Below, piece after piece: positions 1 through 16,368 of a stretch of 64,000 nt of DNA; positions within the stretch are counted from its first letter, which is position 1, and every line of letters starts with the position of its first letter. A program made the translations under genes and the position numbers. Source of the DNA: Macrostomum lignano (taxonomy: Eukaryota); contig NIVC01000245.1 in the NCBI GenBank assembly GCA_002269645.1, forward strand, positions 186,001 through 250,000, in the 5' to 3' direction. The notes under the pieces are model-generated. The model worked only from the letters and a program-made list of their open reading frames with translations. It searched no databases and was not told the origin of the DNA.

Positions 1-59
1 ATACTAGATTTTCCATTGAACGAAGGGGGATACTTCTATCAAAAGTAGGAGCTGCCTAT

Positions 60-520
60 CAAGGGTGCAATTCTGCTTTGAGGAATCAGAATTGTGGTCC
101 CAATCTCGCGTGGTCAATTATCATAGCAAACTTGATGATGGACAGCTAAGATGATAAAATCTATAGCTCGACAGTGTGTTTGGTGGTCTTCGAATCGACT
201 GGGACTTTGAACTCAAGGCCAAAGCATGCAGTTCAGGTGACAACAGAAAAGTGAAACCGCGAGCACATTAACAGCAAATGTTTGGCATAACTGATGCCTA
301 CAACAAGTGGGTGGAGGTCCAACTGATGAGCCCAATCAGCCACCGAGGACACGATTATTCAACTCCGTCGCACATTCGCACAGGAGGGATTGCCGCCTGT
401 AATTGTCTCCAACAACACAGTATGACATTATTTCTCAAATGGCACAGTAGAAAGATTCGTCCGGGATCTAGAAAATCTTCTTCGTACAGCCCTGGATCAG
501 AATTAAATTCAAGCTAGCAC
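60..520 (+). pseudogene. Degenerate Ty3/Gypsy-type integrase fragment
   Basis: Broken frames give motifs typical of Gypsy pol: G.ILL*GIRIVVP, MIKSIARQCVWW, ITDAYNKWVEVQLM, LRRTFAQEGLPPVIVSNN and VERFVR (rve core). Stops and frameshifts throughout; ends approximate. Confidence 0.6.
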
Positions 521-612
521 CGACAACAATCATTTAATGCTCGTACCAATAAAAAATAATTGATCACACCTGCCGAATGGCCAGATGTGCAACCGACAGC
601 TCAGCTGCAGCT

Positions 613-840
613 ATTACGTGGCGCATCTCAAGGTTCAGTCCAAGGACATGGGAAGTCGCCACACTCAGCCTCAAATACCCCAGCTAATGCTGGCACCCAT
701 TTTACAGCTGTGTTAAATGAAGCACTGCAGAGTTAGGTGTCTCGCTCAATTTACACAAAATGTTCCTCGTGAGTCGAGAATCGAACCCCTGACCTTTCAG
801 TCGTGAACTTGACACTCTTAACCACAAGGCTACAGGCCCC
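613..840 (-). mobile_element. tRNA-derived SINE with a CORE-like central domain
   Basis: Minus strand begins GGGGCCTGTAGCCTTGTGGTTAAG (A-box-like) ... GGTTCGATTCTC (B-box), then TTGAGCGAGACACCTAACTCT...CAGCTGTAAAATGGGTGCCAG, which resembles the conserved central domains of CORE/Meta-type SINEs. No complete cloverleaf, so not a tRNA gene. Confidence 0.65.
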
Positions 841-1210
841 ATCATTCAGCAAATGGAATGTCGCCAGAGAAGTTCGACAGAGAATTAATGAGGAAGCACC
901 TCGGACAGACAAAACACGCGAATCTCAAAAAAGGCAGTGGTGGTGAGAGATGGCGAGATGGAGCAGCAAGAGCAGTTGCTGGAATCTGAATTGCAGGAGA
1001 TCAAGGAGACTAAAAAACCTACAGATGGCCTGAGCGCTGGACAGACTCAATTCTAAGTGGCTTGGGAAACCAGCGCATTCTCTCACAGATAAGCCAAAGG
1101 ACACACGGGATTTCATTTTGAATACGAATACTTATACTCGTACTTGGGCTTAAAATAGTTATACTTGTAAATTGTGTTCTCTACCGCATTTATTCAACGC
1201 CTCTAGGAGA

Positions 1211-4200
1211 TATTCTAGGAAATATGTAGAGACGATTCTAGGAAAGATGTAGAGACGATTCTAGGAAGGATGTAGAGACGATTCTAGGAAGGATGTAGAG
1301 ACAATTCTAGAAAGGATGTAGAGACGATTCTAGGAAGGATGTAGAGACGATTCTAGAAAGGATGTAGAGACGATTCTAGGAAGGATGTAGAGACGATTCT
1401 AGAAAGGATGTAGAGACGATTCTAGGAAGGATGTAGAGAAGAATCAAGGAAAGATGTAGAGACAATTCTAGAAAGGATGTAGAGACGATTCTAGGAAGGA
1501 TGTAGAGACGATTCTAGGAAGGATGTAGAGACGATTCTAGGAAGGATGTAGAGACAATTCTAGAAAGGATGTAGAGACGATTCTAGGAAGGATGTAGAGA
1601 CGATTCTAGAAAGGATGTAGAGACGATTCTAGGAAGGATGTAGAGACGATTCTAGGAAGGATGTAGAGACGATTCTAGGAAGGATGTAGAGAAGAATCAA
1701 GGAAAGATGTAGAGACGATTCTAGGAAGGATGTAGAGAAGAATCAAGGAAAGATGTAGAGACAATTCTAGAAAGGATGTAGAGACGATTCTAGGAAGGAT
1801 GTAGAGACGATTCTAGGAAGGATGTAGAGACGATTCTAGGAAGGATGTAGAGACAATTCTAGAAAGGATGTAGAGACGATTCTAGGAAGGATGTAGAGAC
1901 GATTCTAGAAAGGATGTAGAGACGATTCTAGGAAGGATGTAGAGACGATTCTAGAAAGGATGTAGAGACGATTCTAGGAAGGATGTAGAGAAGAATCAAG
2001 GAAAGATGTAGAGACAATTCTAGAAAGGATGTAGAGACGATTCTAGGAAGGATGTAGAGACGATTCTAGAAAGGATGTAGAGACGATTCTAGGAAGGATG
2101 TAGAGAAGAATCAAGGAAAGATGTAGAGACAATTCTAGAAAGGATGTAGAGACGATTCTAGAAAGGATGTAGAGACGATTCTAGGAAGGATGTAGAGACG
2201 ATTCTAGGAAGGATGTAGAGACGATTCTAGAAAGGATGTAGAGACGATTCTAGGAAGGATGTAGAGAAGAATCAAGGAAAGATGTAGAGACAATTCTAGA
2301 AAGGATGTAGAGACGATTCTAGGAAGGATGTAGAGACGATTCTAGAAAGGATGTAGAGACGATTCTAGGAAGGATGTAGAGAAGAATCAAGGAAAGATGT
2401 AGAGACAATTCTAGAAAGGATGTAGAGACGATTCTAGGAAGGATGTAGAGACGATTCTAGGAAGGATGTAGAGACGATTCTAGGAAGGATGTAGAGACGA
2501 TTCTAGGAAGGATGTAGAGAAGAATCAAGGAAAGATGTAGAGACGATTCTAGGAAGGATGTAGAGAAGATTCTAGGAAAGATGTAGAGACGATTCTAGGA
2601 AAGATGTAGAGAAGATTCTAGGAAGGATGTAGAGACGATTCTAGGAAGGATGTAGAGACGATTCTAGGAAAGATGTAGAGAAGATTCTAGGAAGGATGTA
2701 GAGACGATTCTAGGAAGGATGTAGAGACGATTCTAGGAAGGATGTAGAGACGATTCTAGGAAGGATGTAGAGACGATTCTAGGAAGGATGTAGAGACGAT
2801 TCTAGGAAGGATGTAGAGAAGAATCAAGGAAAGATGTAGAGACGATTCTAGGAAGGATGTAGAGAAGAATCAAGGAAAGATGTAGAGACAATTCTAGAAA
2901 GGATGTAGAGACGATTCTAGAAAGGATGTAGAGACGATTCTAGGAAGGATGTAGAGACGATTCTAGGAAGGATGTAGAGACGATTCTAGAAAGGATGTAG
3001 AGACGATTCTAGGAAGGATGTAGAGAAGAATCAAGGAAAGATGTAGAGACAATTCTAGAAAGGATGTAGAGACGATTCTAGAAAGGATGTAGAGACGATT
3101 CTAGGAAGGATGTAGAGACGATTCTAGGAAGGATGTAGAGACGATTCTAGGAAGGATGTAGAGACGATTCTAGGAAGGATGTAGAGACGATTCTAGGAAG
3201 GATGTAGAAAAGAATCAAGGAAAGATGTAGAGACGATTCTAGGAAGGATGTAGAGAAGATTCTAGGAAAGATGTAGAGACGATTCTAGGAAGGATGTAGA
3301 GACGATTCTAGGAAGGATGTAGAGACGATTCTAGAAAGGATGTAGAGACGATTCTAGGAAGGATGTAGAGACGATTCTAGGAAGGATGTAGAGACGATTC
3401 TAGGAAGGATGTAGAGACGATTCTAGGAAGGATGTAGAGACGATTCTAGGAAGGATGTAGAGACGATTCTAGGAAGGATGTAGAGACGATTCTAGGAAGG
3501 ATGTAGAGAAGAATCAAGGAAAGATGTAGAGACGATTCTAGGAAGGATGTAGAGAAGAATCAAGGAAAGATGTAGAGACAATTCTAGAAAGGATGTAGAG
3601 ACGATTCTAGAAAGGATGTAGAGACGATTCTAGGAAGGATGTAGAGACGATTCTAGGAAGGATGTAGAGACGATTCTAGAAAGGATGTAGAGACGATTCT
3701 AGGAAGGATGTAGAGAAGAATCAAGGAAAGATGTAGAGACAATTCTAGAAAGGATGTAGAGACGATTCTAGAAAGGATGTAGAGACGATTCTAGGAAGGA
3801 TGTAGAGACGATTCTAGGAAGGATGTAGAGACGATTCTAGGAAGGATGTAGAGACGATTCTAGGAAGGATGTAGAGACGATTCTAGGAAGGATGTAGAAA
3901 AGAATCAAGGAAAGATGTAGAGACGATTCTAGGAAGGATGTAGAGAAGATTCTAGGAAAGATGTAGAGACGATTCTAGGAAGGATGTAGAGACGATTCTA
4001 GGAAGGATGTAGAGACGATTCTAGAAAGGATGTAGAGACGATTCTAGGAAGGATGTAGAGACGATTCTAGGAAGGATGTAGAGACGATTCTAGGAAGGAT
4101 GTAGAGACGATTCTAGGAAGGATGTAGAGACGATTCTAGGAAGGATGTAGAGACGATTCTAGGAAGGATGTAGAGACGATTCTAGGAAGGATGTAGAGAC

Positions 4201-4348
4201 GATTCTAGGAAGGATGTAGAGAAGAATCAAGGAAAGATGTAGAGACGATTCTAGGAAGGATGTAGAGAAGAATCAAGGAAAGATGTAGAGAAGATTCTAG
4301 GAAGGATGTAGAGACGATTCTAGGAAAGGTGTAGAGACGATTCTAGGA
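1211..4348. repeat. 23-bp minisatellite (GATGTAGAGACGATTCTAGGAAG) with higher-order structure
   Basis: About 136 tandem units with a few recurring variants (ACAATTCTAGAAAG; AAGAATCAAGGAAA). A rare variant GATGTAGAAAAGAATC occurs at 3201 and 3891, 690 bp (30 units) apart. Confidence 0.97.
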
Positions 4349-4937
4349 GAAGTATTTGTTGACTTTTTGGAAGTTATTCTTTAAGTTCAGGAAGTAAGAC
4401 GACCGGACTATTTTTTACTAACAGTAATAGATCAAAACTGTTTTATTACTAAAGCCTATATTGCTCATATTTTAGTTTCTGAACACACTAAAGAAATATC
4501 TATCATTACGTAATCATAAATTAGTTGTTTACAGCTTCATCTGGATTTAGCTGCAAGCAAAAATCTTATCCTATATGCATTTAAAGCTGCGCATTTTAGG
4601 AAAATTGTTTGCTTCTGTTTTCTAGAGGAACTGCATCTAGGGTGCGTGGAAAAATATAATTATGATTGCTCAAACGCAACGGAGTCTTGAAAGATTTATT
4701 TAATCATAGGCTGGCAAACCAGCTGCACTGAGACTCGTTTTGATGGAGGGAAATTTTCCCGCGATTAGTTTGTATAAGCGACAGCTTCTCAGTTTTTTCT
4801 GAAGGTGACTTGTCTCCTTCTTTTCGCTTCATGCTGGTAGAGGACGAGGTCCGTGAGCTGGGGCTCAAACCCGGCATTGTGTGCTGGATTGACTTCATGA
4901 TTCGGAACACAACTGAGTGACTTCCAGCGTCATGGCT

Positions 4938-5170
4938 CGCAAAGGCGTATTCAGCACACCAGTGAAAGATGAGACAGGCTAGGACTATTGGCTACGGTCT
5001 GCGATGCTTCACACCTGCCCCTATCTTCAGCTGCCCGGAGGTCTGCATCATCTATTTGCCTCTGGCAGCCGCAGACCCCCCCCCATGTTGTCTCGCAAAT
5101 CGACTCAATGCACCCGTCCCCGCGTGTGTTCAAGGCAGACCCTAGGGCTGCTGGACAGACTGCAGGCTCC
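4938..5170 (+). mobile_element. 5' UTR fragment of the same LINE family as 41497-47403
   Basis: Colinear similarity to about 41503-41750 (GGCGTATTCAGCA...GGTCTGCGATGCTTCAC...GTCCCCGCGTGTGTTCAAGGCAG..CCTAGGGCTGCTGGACAGACTG). Interrupted at 5171 by an LTR element. Confidence 0.85.
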
Positions 5171-6490
5171 TGTCAGTGATGCACTTGTAACTAAAATTTA
5201 TTGTACGCACATCTGCGCCCCAGCCGCCCCGTCCCCCAATCATGTACGTTGCTATCGATTTCTCAGCCCCCCTCGCCCCTCTATATAATATGCTTTTTGG
5301 CACTCTTGAATAATACACGTATCTCTCGGTTGCGCGTTCATTACATGGCGTCGCAAGCTAGCTAGACTCAGAGCATGGACCTGAAGCCACCCGAAGAGTT
5401 GGAGACGGACTCCAACGAGTCTTGGAAACGCTGGCGACAGAGATTTTTGATATACCTTAAGGCAACTGGAATTGTTGGCGAAGAGCGTCGAATAAATTTG
5501 TTTTTGCACCTAATCGGTGACAATGGCCTTGACATTTATAACACCCTGGAGACAGAAATAGAAGAGGAAACAGCGGAGGGTGCAACGGCAAGGCGACCAA
5601 TAGCTTTTGACGAGTTGCTGGAGCTATTCGATGAGCACTTCAGTCCGCGTACAAGCGAAGTCTTCGAGCGTTTAAGTTCTGGGAACGCGACCAGAAGGAG
5701 TCTGAGCCAGTCGACCTGTTTGTGACTGATTTGAAACGTCTGGCTGGAACGTGCAATTTCGAAACACAAAAAGAGAAAATGATTCGAGACAAGATTGTCC
5801 TGGGGTGCAACGACTCACGAATGCGAGAGCGGCTACTTCGAGAACCGGACTTGGACCTGAGAACGGCAATTGACATGTGCAGAGCTGCAGAGTCCGCGCG
5901 ACATCAGCTAAAGGAAGTCGAGAAAGGCCTAAACGTCGTAAGGTTGTCACCGGCTCCGGCAGCGCCTCGGCAGCAACAAATCCGCAACTCAGGGCGCCCA
6001 GTGTCGAGTACAGCGGCCCAGTCGACGGCGCAGGGCCAACCTGGCCAAAGTTCGAACCCGAGTCAACTTTAGGGACGCCTTCCTGGAGAAAGTCGCTGTC
6101 ACAACTGCGGTTACAGTCATCGTGATGGCAAGTGTCCGGCTTTCGGTAAGCGGTGTCTGTCCTGTGGCCGTCTGAACCACTTTCGCAGTCAATGTCGAAG
6201 CAACAATAACCGGAGGGTTATGACTGTAACAGCAGCTGAAGGTGAGGATGCCAGTGCTGGTGAAGAGGTGTATTTTATCGGAACGCTGCAGACTGATAAT
6301 GGTTCCAGTTGGTTAGCAAAAGTTCAGCTTCCAGATGGTAAAAAGCTGCAATGCAAGCTAGACACCGGAGCAGAGGTGAGCGTGTTGCCAGCAGATTATT
6401 TCCCAGTCGGTGAGCAGTTGCTAAAAACTCACACTGTGCTGACGGCTTTTGGAGGAGCTCGCATTCCTGTCGTTGGAAAGTGTCGTTTGA
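5171..6490 (+). mobile_element. Truncated Ty3/Gypsy LTR retrotransposon (5' LTR, PBS, gag, protease)
   Basis: Putative LTR TG...CA at 5171-5345 followed by PBS-like TGGCG at 5346. Gag starts at 5375 (MDLKPPEEL...WKRWRQRF), with a frameshift near 5670 and TAG at 6070-6072. Two Cys/His knuckle-like motifs (CHNCGYSHRDGKC; CLSCGRLNHFRSQC) and the aspartic protease motif LDTGAEVS follow. No RT, integrase or 3' LTR is contiguous with it. Confidence 0.85.
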
Positions 6491-7336
6491 AGGTCCCCTC
6501 AAGGGATGCTGTCACTGACCACAGGAATTTCCTGGAGGTTCAATGCTACACGGACGGATCCATCAAAGACGGCCACGCTGGCTTTGGGGTCTGCATCATC
6601 ATCAACGGCCGCGTCATTGCCACGCATGCCCAGCACTCTCCGGCAGACTCTCCACGGTCTTCCAGAACGAAGTCCTTGCTATCAGCTCCTGTCAGTCTGA
6701 AGTGGATCCCAGGGCACGCAGGGTTTCCAGGGAACGAGCTGGCAGACACCCTCGCCAAGAGGGGCGGCTCTGGCTCTTTCTCTGACCCTGTTCCCCTCGT
6801 CCCTATCCCTTCGACGGTCATCAATCGTCAGATCGATGACTGGGCTGACTCCCTCCACAGGGACAGATGGGCGGGCACCCAAAACTGCCGGAAATTTTGT
6901 GCCGCGGTTCCGTACCCCTCTCGCAGGCTCAGAAACGTCCTTCTGAACCAAAAGTCGGAAGGATATTTGAGCCCTTGTCATGGCCTTTACCGGTCATGGC
7001 TACCTCGCCAGGCACTAATTCCTCCGAGGCGACCTCGAGAGTGAACTCTGCCCTTTTTGCGAGCACGACAATGAAGATGCTCAGCACTTTGTTTGTCACT
7101 GCCATTTCTTTACCAGAGACCGGCTACGCTACCTCGGGCCAAACCCGTCCATTGACGAGGTCTGTTAGCCCATGCGGCTCATCCAGTTCCTTCGGACTGC
7201 AGGACGGACCGGCGGACCGCCCTGACTGGCCCCACGCCTCTGCCTGTCTGCGGGCCTTCAGGGGCTAGTGGAATGGGCCACCCTCGCCTCCCTGCTGTGT
7301 CTACGGACCACCCTGCAGCTAAGTCAAGTCAGTCAA
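6490..7336 (+). mobile_element. 3' part (RNase H, CCHC region, 3' UTR, tail) of a LOA-like LINE
   Basis: CYTDGS...LKWIPGHAGFPGNELADTLAK aligns with ORF2 of 41497-47403. Ends in CCCTGCAGCTAAGTCAAGTCAGTCAA, nearly identical to that element's 3' end. Confidence 0.85.
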
Positions 7337-7340
7337 AAGG

Positions 7341-8150
7341 GCTGCTGCTTCTTCTTCTTATTCCAGACGCGGCCGGTCCGGTGATGCCGATAGGGCCGGG
7401 GGCTAGATGCGCCCCATCCTGCGTAGCAGTTCGAGAAGGGCCGCCGGGTTCCCCATCAGGTCCTCGGTCGGCGTGCCGCTGTGAGCTCTCCATGCGTCCC
7501 CGCGTGGGCATTGGTAGATCAGATGTTCGACGGTGTCCTCCATGCCGCAGTCGGGGCAGAGGGGGGACGTGTCGAGCCCCATACGATGGCGGGTGCTGCC
7601 GTTGATCACGCTGGCCCCCGCTCGGAGCTGGTTGATGAGCACCTGCACACGTCTCGTCAGGTCCTTCGGCGGGGGCCAGGCCGGGCCCATGACTGCGGCG
7701 TCGAGAGCTCGCCTACTACGGCGGATGGCCGCCTTGGCAGCGCTAAGTTGGATGGGCGTCCGGTTTTGGTCCAGGCCGGCCGCGCGGTTGGCCGCCTGGT
7801 CCGCTGCTTCGTTGCCGGACACATCGCAGTGGGCCGGCACCCAGCTGAATTTGACTCTGGTACGTGCCGCGCCTTTGGAGGTCGAGTTGGTGGTCCCAGC
7901 ATTCAGCGGCGGTGCTGTCGGTCTGGCTGAGCGGGCCGGCGCTCAGGGCTGTGATGGCACTAAGCCTGTCAGTCGCTATTGTCAGTTCGGGGCGGTGGGC
8001 TTTCAGGGCCAGGCTCAGTGCTTCTCGGGTAGCAGTAAGCTCGGCTGTGAAGCTGCTGCAGTGGGCACCGGCCGCGGAAAGGTGTTCGACTGCGGCCGGT
8101 TCCCATTGGGCAATGGTTGCCCCGCCTCCGTAGCCACAACCATCCTTGAC
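7341..8150 (-). mobile_element. 3' fragment of a second RNase H-bearing LINE family, antisense
   Basis: Minus strand encodes an RNase H (TDGSVKDG...AELTA...PAHCDVSGNEAADQAA) and a CCHC motif (CPDCGMEDTVEHLIYQC), then a short UTR and an (AGA/AGC)n tail at about 7341-7360. Frameshifted. Clade (I/Ingi-like) not determined. Confidence 0.7.
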
Positions 8151-9540
8151 CGAGCCGTCCGTCCAAATAACCGCCTGTTGCTAACCACCCGTCCACCAAG
8201 AGACACCTGTGTCATCCAAGCCGAAGACATACTACCTGGGAGGACTACCCTCATCGCCTCGGTTTACCTACCGGGCGGGTGACGGTGAGATGTTCCCGGA
8301 AGAGCTTGTCTCATCGGTAGAGCTTTGCTCCACCAGGAATTATGAGCTGCTTGGGGCAGATGACATCAACGCCCACCACACCCACTGGGGCAGTTCCGGT
8401 ATAAACCAAAGAGGCGAAGACTTCCTGGCCTTGAGTTCTGCAACTCGGGCAGTACCCCCTACCTTTAACAACGGACGCCGATCGGATGTGTTGGATTCCA
8501 CCCTTGCCACGCCCTACAGGCTTTTCCAGAGCACTAAGAAGTGGCGGCTGTTTCCTGAAGCGTCCCTATCTGATCACAAGTTCATCTTTTCAAGCTGGCC
8601 AGCACCCGGAACGCAGGTCGGCTGTACTGGAAACGAATGTTACAAATACCAACTGGACCACTTTCAGGTTTGTCTTGGAGATGACCTATCGTAGCACTAG
8701 CATTCCAGTCTCCATCAACACCTGCGAGAAAGCAGTTGACTTTGCAATCGTTCTCACGGACTCGCTCACTGCTGCCTTCGAAGCTCGCTAAAGGCGTATA
8801 AAGGCAAACAGTCGGCCCCATGGCGGAACCCGCACCTTGGCGACCTCCGTCGCAGAGCCAAAAGGTTCCACCGCAGGGCCCGAAAAACTGAAAACCCGGC
8901 AAAATGTCTACCTGAACTCAATCCACGAGTTCAAGAGGCAGGTCAGGAACGTCAAAACTAAAAAGTGGCGCAAATACTGTGAGGAACTCGAGGGCTCCCG
9001 CCCCACCTCCAGGATCGTTAAAGCGCTTACGCTGGACAAGCCGCTCAGTGAAAACCAGCACGCCTTTCCGGCAGGCAGGTCCACGGAGAGCGCGCTACAA
9101 GTCTTGGTCGACGTGCTGAAGAAAGCTGTTGTGAGCAACGGTCAAGGCTCTTGCTGCCTACCTTGACACTGTTGGAGCCTTCGATAATGTTCTCTTCGAG
9201 ACCGTTGACAGAGCTCTACGTGCTAGAGGAACCCACTCGCACCTTACCCGATGGATCATGTATATGATAAGCCACCGTACTGCCACTGCGCACCTGCTGG
9301 GCCAGCAACGGACGGTAACCGTCTGCAAAGGCAGCCCCCAATGTGGTGTTCTCTCTCCAGTTCTCTGGAACATGGTCATCGATGAGCTCCTTCAGGACAG
9401 CCATCTTGACCCCATCCTTAAGGTCGGTTACGCTGACGATGTCACAGTCGTGGCATCCGGGCCGTCACCCGAAACCCTCATAGACCTTTGTCAACACTTT
9501 ATTCGCTCTGCTGAACAATTGGGCGACAGGTTGCCTAGAT
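8150..9540 (+). pseudogene. Internally deleted APE endonuclease-RT fragment of the LOA-like LINE family
   Basis: IASVYLPG, DINAHHTHWGS, PTFNNGRRSDVLDSTL, SLSDHKF (APE); NQHAFPAGRSTESAL, KGSPQCGVLSP.LWN, KVGYADDVT (RT). Parallels ORF2 at 43567-47306 but has many indels. Confidence 0.85.
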
Positions 9541-9675
9541 GAAGTTTATTTTTCTAGATTCAGAGATCAGACAAGAAAGCTATAAGTATTTTAAAATGTT
9601 TTTTTTGAGAACGTTGGCTATTTTGCAGTTAATAGGAATGTGAGACAACAATTGTTTTTAACAGCTAAGATAACA

Positions 9676-10349
9676 TAACAGGTGAGTGACGCATCTACAT
9701 GTGTGTCTAACAGGTGAGTGACGCATCTACAGGTGTGTCTAACAGGTGAGTGACGCATCTACAGGTGTGTCTAACAGGTGAGTGACGCATCCACAGGTGT
9801 GTCTAACAGGTAAATGACGCATCCACAGGTGTGTCTAACAGGTAAATGACGCATCCACAGGTGTGTCTAACAGGTAAATGACGCATCCACAGGTGTGTCT
9901 AACAAATGAGTGACGCATCTACAGGTGTGTCTAACAGGTGAGTGACGCATCTACATGTGTGTCTAACAGGTGAGTGACGCATCTACAGGTGTGTCTAACA
10001 GGTAAATGACGCATCCACAGGTGTGTCTAACAGGTAAATGACGCATCCACAGGTGTGTCTAACAGGTGAGTGACGCATCCACAGGTGTGTCTAACAGGTG
10101 AGTGACGCATCCACAGGTGTGTCTAACAGGTAAATGACGCATCCACAGGTGTGTCTAATAGGTAAATGACGCATCCACAGGTGTGTCTAACAGGTAAATG
10201 ACGCATCCACAGGTGTGTCAAACAGGTAAATGACGCATCCGCAGGTGTCTCTAACAGGTAAATGACGCATCCACAGGTGTGTCTAACAGGTGAGTGACGC
10301 ATCTACAGGTGTGACTAACAGGTAAGTCTAAAATATGTGCCTAACAGGT
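9676..10349. repeat. 32-bp minisatellite (AACAGGTGAGTGACGCATCTACAGGTGTGTCT)
   Basis: Unit starts at 9741 and 9773; about 20 copies. Confidence 0.95.
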
Positions 10350-10590
10350 TTCAGCAGATCTGTATAGCTAATCGAACCCATTATGAATCGAATTTTTTCA
10401 CTTCAAATAGAAAAAATACCAAAGACCTTGTGAAAATAGTCAAAATATTTAAATGGCAATATTGAGTAGGCGCTGCATAAAATATCAAGTTGGAAAGCTT
10501 TTGTCAATTAGACGTGCTGTTTTCAATTATTAGGCTTTAGAATTCGTGATTATTCCGCGAAATTGCCGTTTGCAGGTGTTTTCTCATAGC

Positions 10591-14220
<3,630 letters not shown>

Positions 14221-14654
14221 ATTTAGGCAACCTAATATAATTTTTTAATCTGGCTTGCCTTATACAAACTGACAGGCACAATTTCGTACATTTAAATAGC
14301 TTCCTAGAAAATCGTCTTTCAGTCCTTACGAACTTTGTTACAAAAGACAAGTTTGATTGAAATGTAAGACTGGAGTCGTCATGGCTACGTGGTAACAACA
14401 AACGACTGTAAGAACGTGAACAAAACTTTTAAATCTTTTGTCATCAACAATATTCAGTGTCTCAAAGGAATTAGAGATGCGCAGTTACTTAAATTACCAA
14501 ATTTGTTTCAACTAACTTGCTTTAAACGCGTATTTGGACCAAGTTCAGTTTTATATTTTACAAACGTTTTATCGAATATATTTAGAGGCTTAGACAGCAC
14601 TGAAGCAGGAGATTAAGTAAGGCAAACCGAGCTAGGGTTTTAAACGGTTAAGGA

Positions 14655-15925
14655 GAGTGAGATCCAGAAAGGAGAGAGTGAGATGCAGCTAGGAGGGTGA
14701 GATAGGTAGGAGAGAGTAAAATGCAGATAGAGAAAAAAAAGAGTGAGATGCAGATAGGGGAAAAACAGAGTGAGATGCAGATAGTGGAGAAACAGAGTGA
14801 GATGCAGATAGGGGAGAAACAGAGTGAGATGCAGATAGTGGAGAAACAGAGTGAGATGCAGATAGTGGAGAAACAGAGTGAGATGCAGATAGGGGAAAAA
14901 CAGAGTGAGATGCAGATAGGGGAGAAACAGAGTGAGATGCAGATAGTGGAGAAACAGAGTGAGATGCAGATAGTGGAGAAACAGAGTGAGATGCAGATAG
15001 TGGAGAAACAGAGTGAGATGCAGATAGGGGAGAAACAGAGTGAGATGCAGATAGGGGAAAAACAGAGTGAGATGCAGATAGGGGAGAAACAGAGTGAGAT
15101 GCAGATAGGGGAAAAACGGAGTGAGATGCAGATAGTGGAGAAACAGAGTGAGATGCAGATAGGGGAGAAACAGAGTGAGATGCAGATAGGGGAAAAACAG
15201 AGTGAGATGCAGATAGTGGAGAAACAGAGTGAGATGCAGATAGGGGAGAAACAGAGTGAGATGCAGATAGGGGAGAAACAGAGTGAGATGCAGATAGGGG
15301 AGAAACAGAGTGAGATGCAGATAGGGGAGACACAGAGTGAGAGGCAGATAGGAGAGAAACAGAGTGAGATGTAGATATGGGAGACACAGAGTGAGATGTA
15401 GATATGGGAGACACAGAGTGAGATGCAGATATGGGAGACACAGAGTGAGATGCAGATAGGGGAGACACAGAGTGAGAGGCAGATAGGAGAGAAACAGAGT
15501 GAGATGTAGATATGGGAGACACAGAGTGAGATGTAGATATGGGAGACACAGAGTGAGATGCAGATATGGGAGACACAGAGTGAGAGGCAGATAGGGGAGA
15601 CACAGAGTGAGATGCAGATAGGGGAGACACAGAGTGAGATGTAGATAGGGGAGACACAGAGTGAGATGCAGATAGGGGAGACACAGAGTGAGAGGCAGAT
15701 AGGAGAGAAAGAGTGAGATGCAGATAGGGGAGACACAGAGTGAGATGCAGATAGGGGAGACACAGAGTGAGAGGCAGATAGGAGAGAAAGAGTGAGATGC
15801 AGATAGGGGAGACACAGAGTGAGATGCAGATAGGAGAGAAACAGAGTGAGATGCAGATAGGGGAGTCTGAGAGTGAGATGCAGATAGGCGAGTCTGAGAG
15901 TGAGATGCAGATACGGCAGATTCAC
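14655..15925. repeat. 27-bp minisatellite (GTGAGATGCAGATAGGGGAGAAACAGA)
   Basis: About 46 units. The 27-bp period explains the long repetitive ORFs in several frames. Confidence 0.97.
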
Positions 15926-16368
15926 AGACAGGAAATTACTCGAGATACTTAGCGACAAAAATCAATAAAACGTGATAAGTTGTATTATCATTGTTGTCAC
16001 TTTGACGCGCACATTATGCAGCTATTAAAATTGCATAGCAACAAATATTTTAAACATTTATTACAGCATTTTTTGAGAATAAGTATGCATGTACATTTAA
16101 TGTAACAAACAGACGACAGCACATAACCCATAGAAAATAAAATTCAATGTATTATTAAAGCACTTTAACAATTAAGTAAGGCATCTGACCGAAATTTTAT
16201 GAAATTTTAACAATATTTTGACAGTTACATCAAGTCCAGCGTTTCACACATATATATTTACAGACGCATAGTGCTTACGCTTAAAACAAAAATATAATTA
16301 TACTCAATACAATACTCAAACTATAACCCATTAAGTAAAGCAAACAACAGAGCCTCACTCATAAAATC

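Noticed and set aside
765-840. tRNA gene
   Set aside because: A and B boxes are present but the acceptor stem does not close and the sequence continues into a SINE body.
841-1110. Coiled-coil-like peptide EMEQQEQLLESELQEIKE
   Set aside because: Short and frame-broken, with no clear splice sites or family match.
4938-7340. Long TSD around the older LOA-like copy
   Set aside because: No matching flanks are visible; the right flank is occupied by another LINE's tail, so it neither supports nor refutes the 132-bp TSD as a family trait.
14640-15958. ORFs of 217-436 aa in several frames
   Set aside because: By-products of a 27-bp (9-codon) tandem unit lacking stops; no non-repeat coding flanks or splice support.
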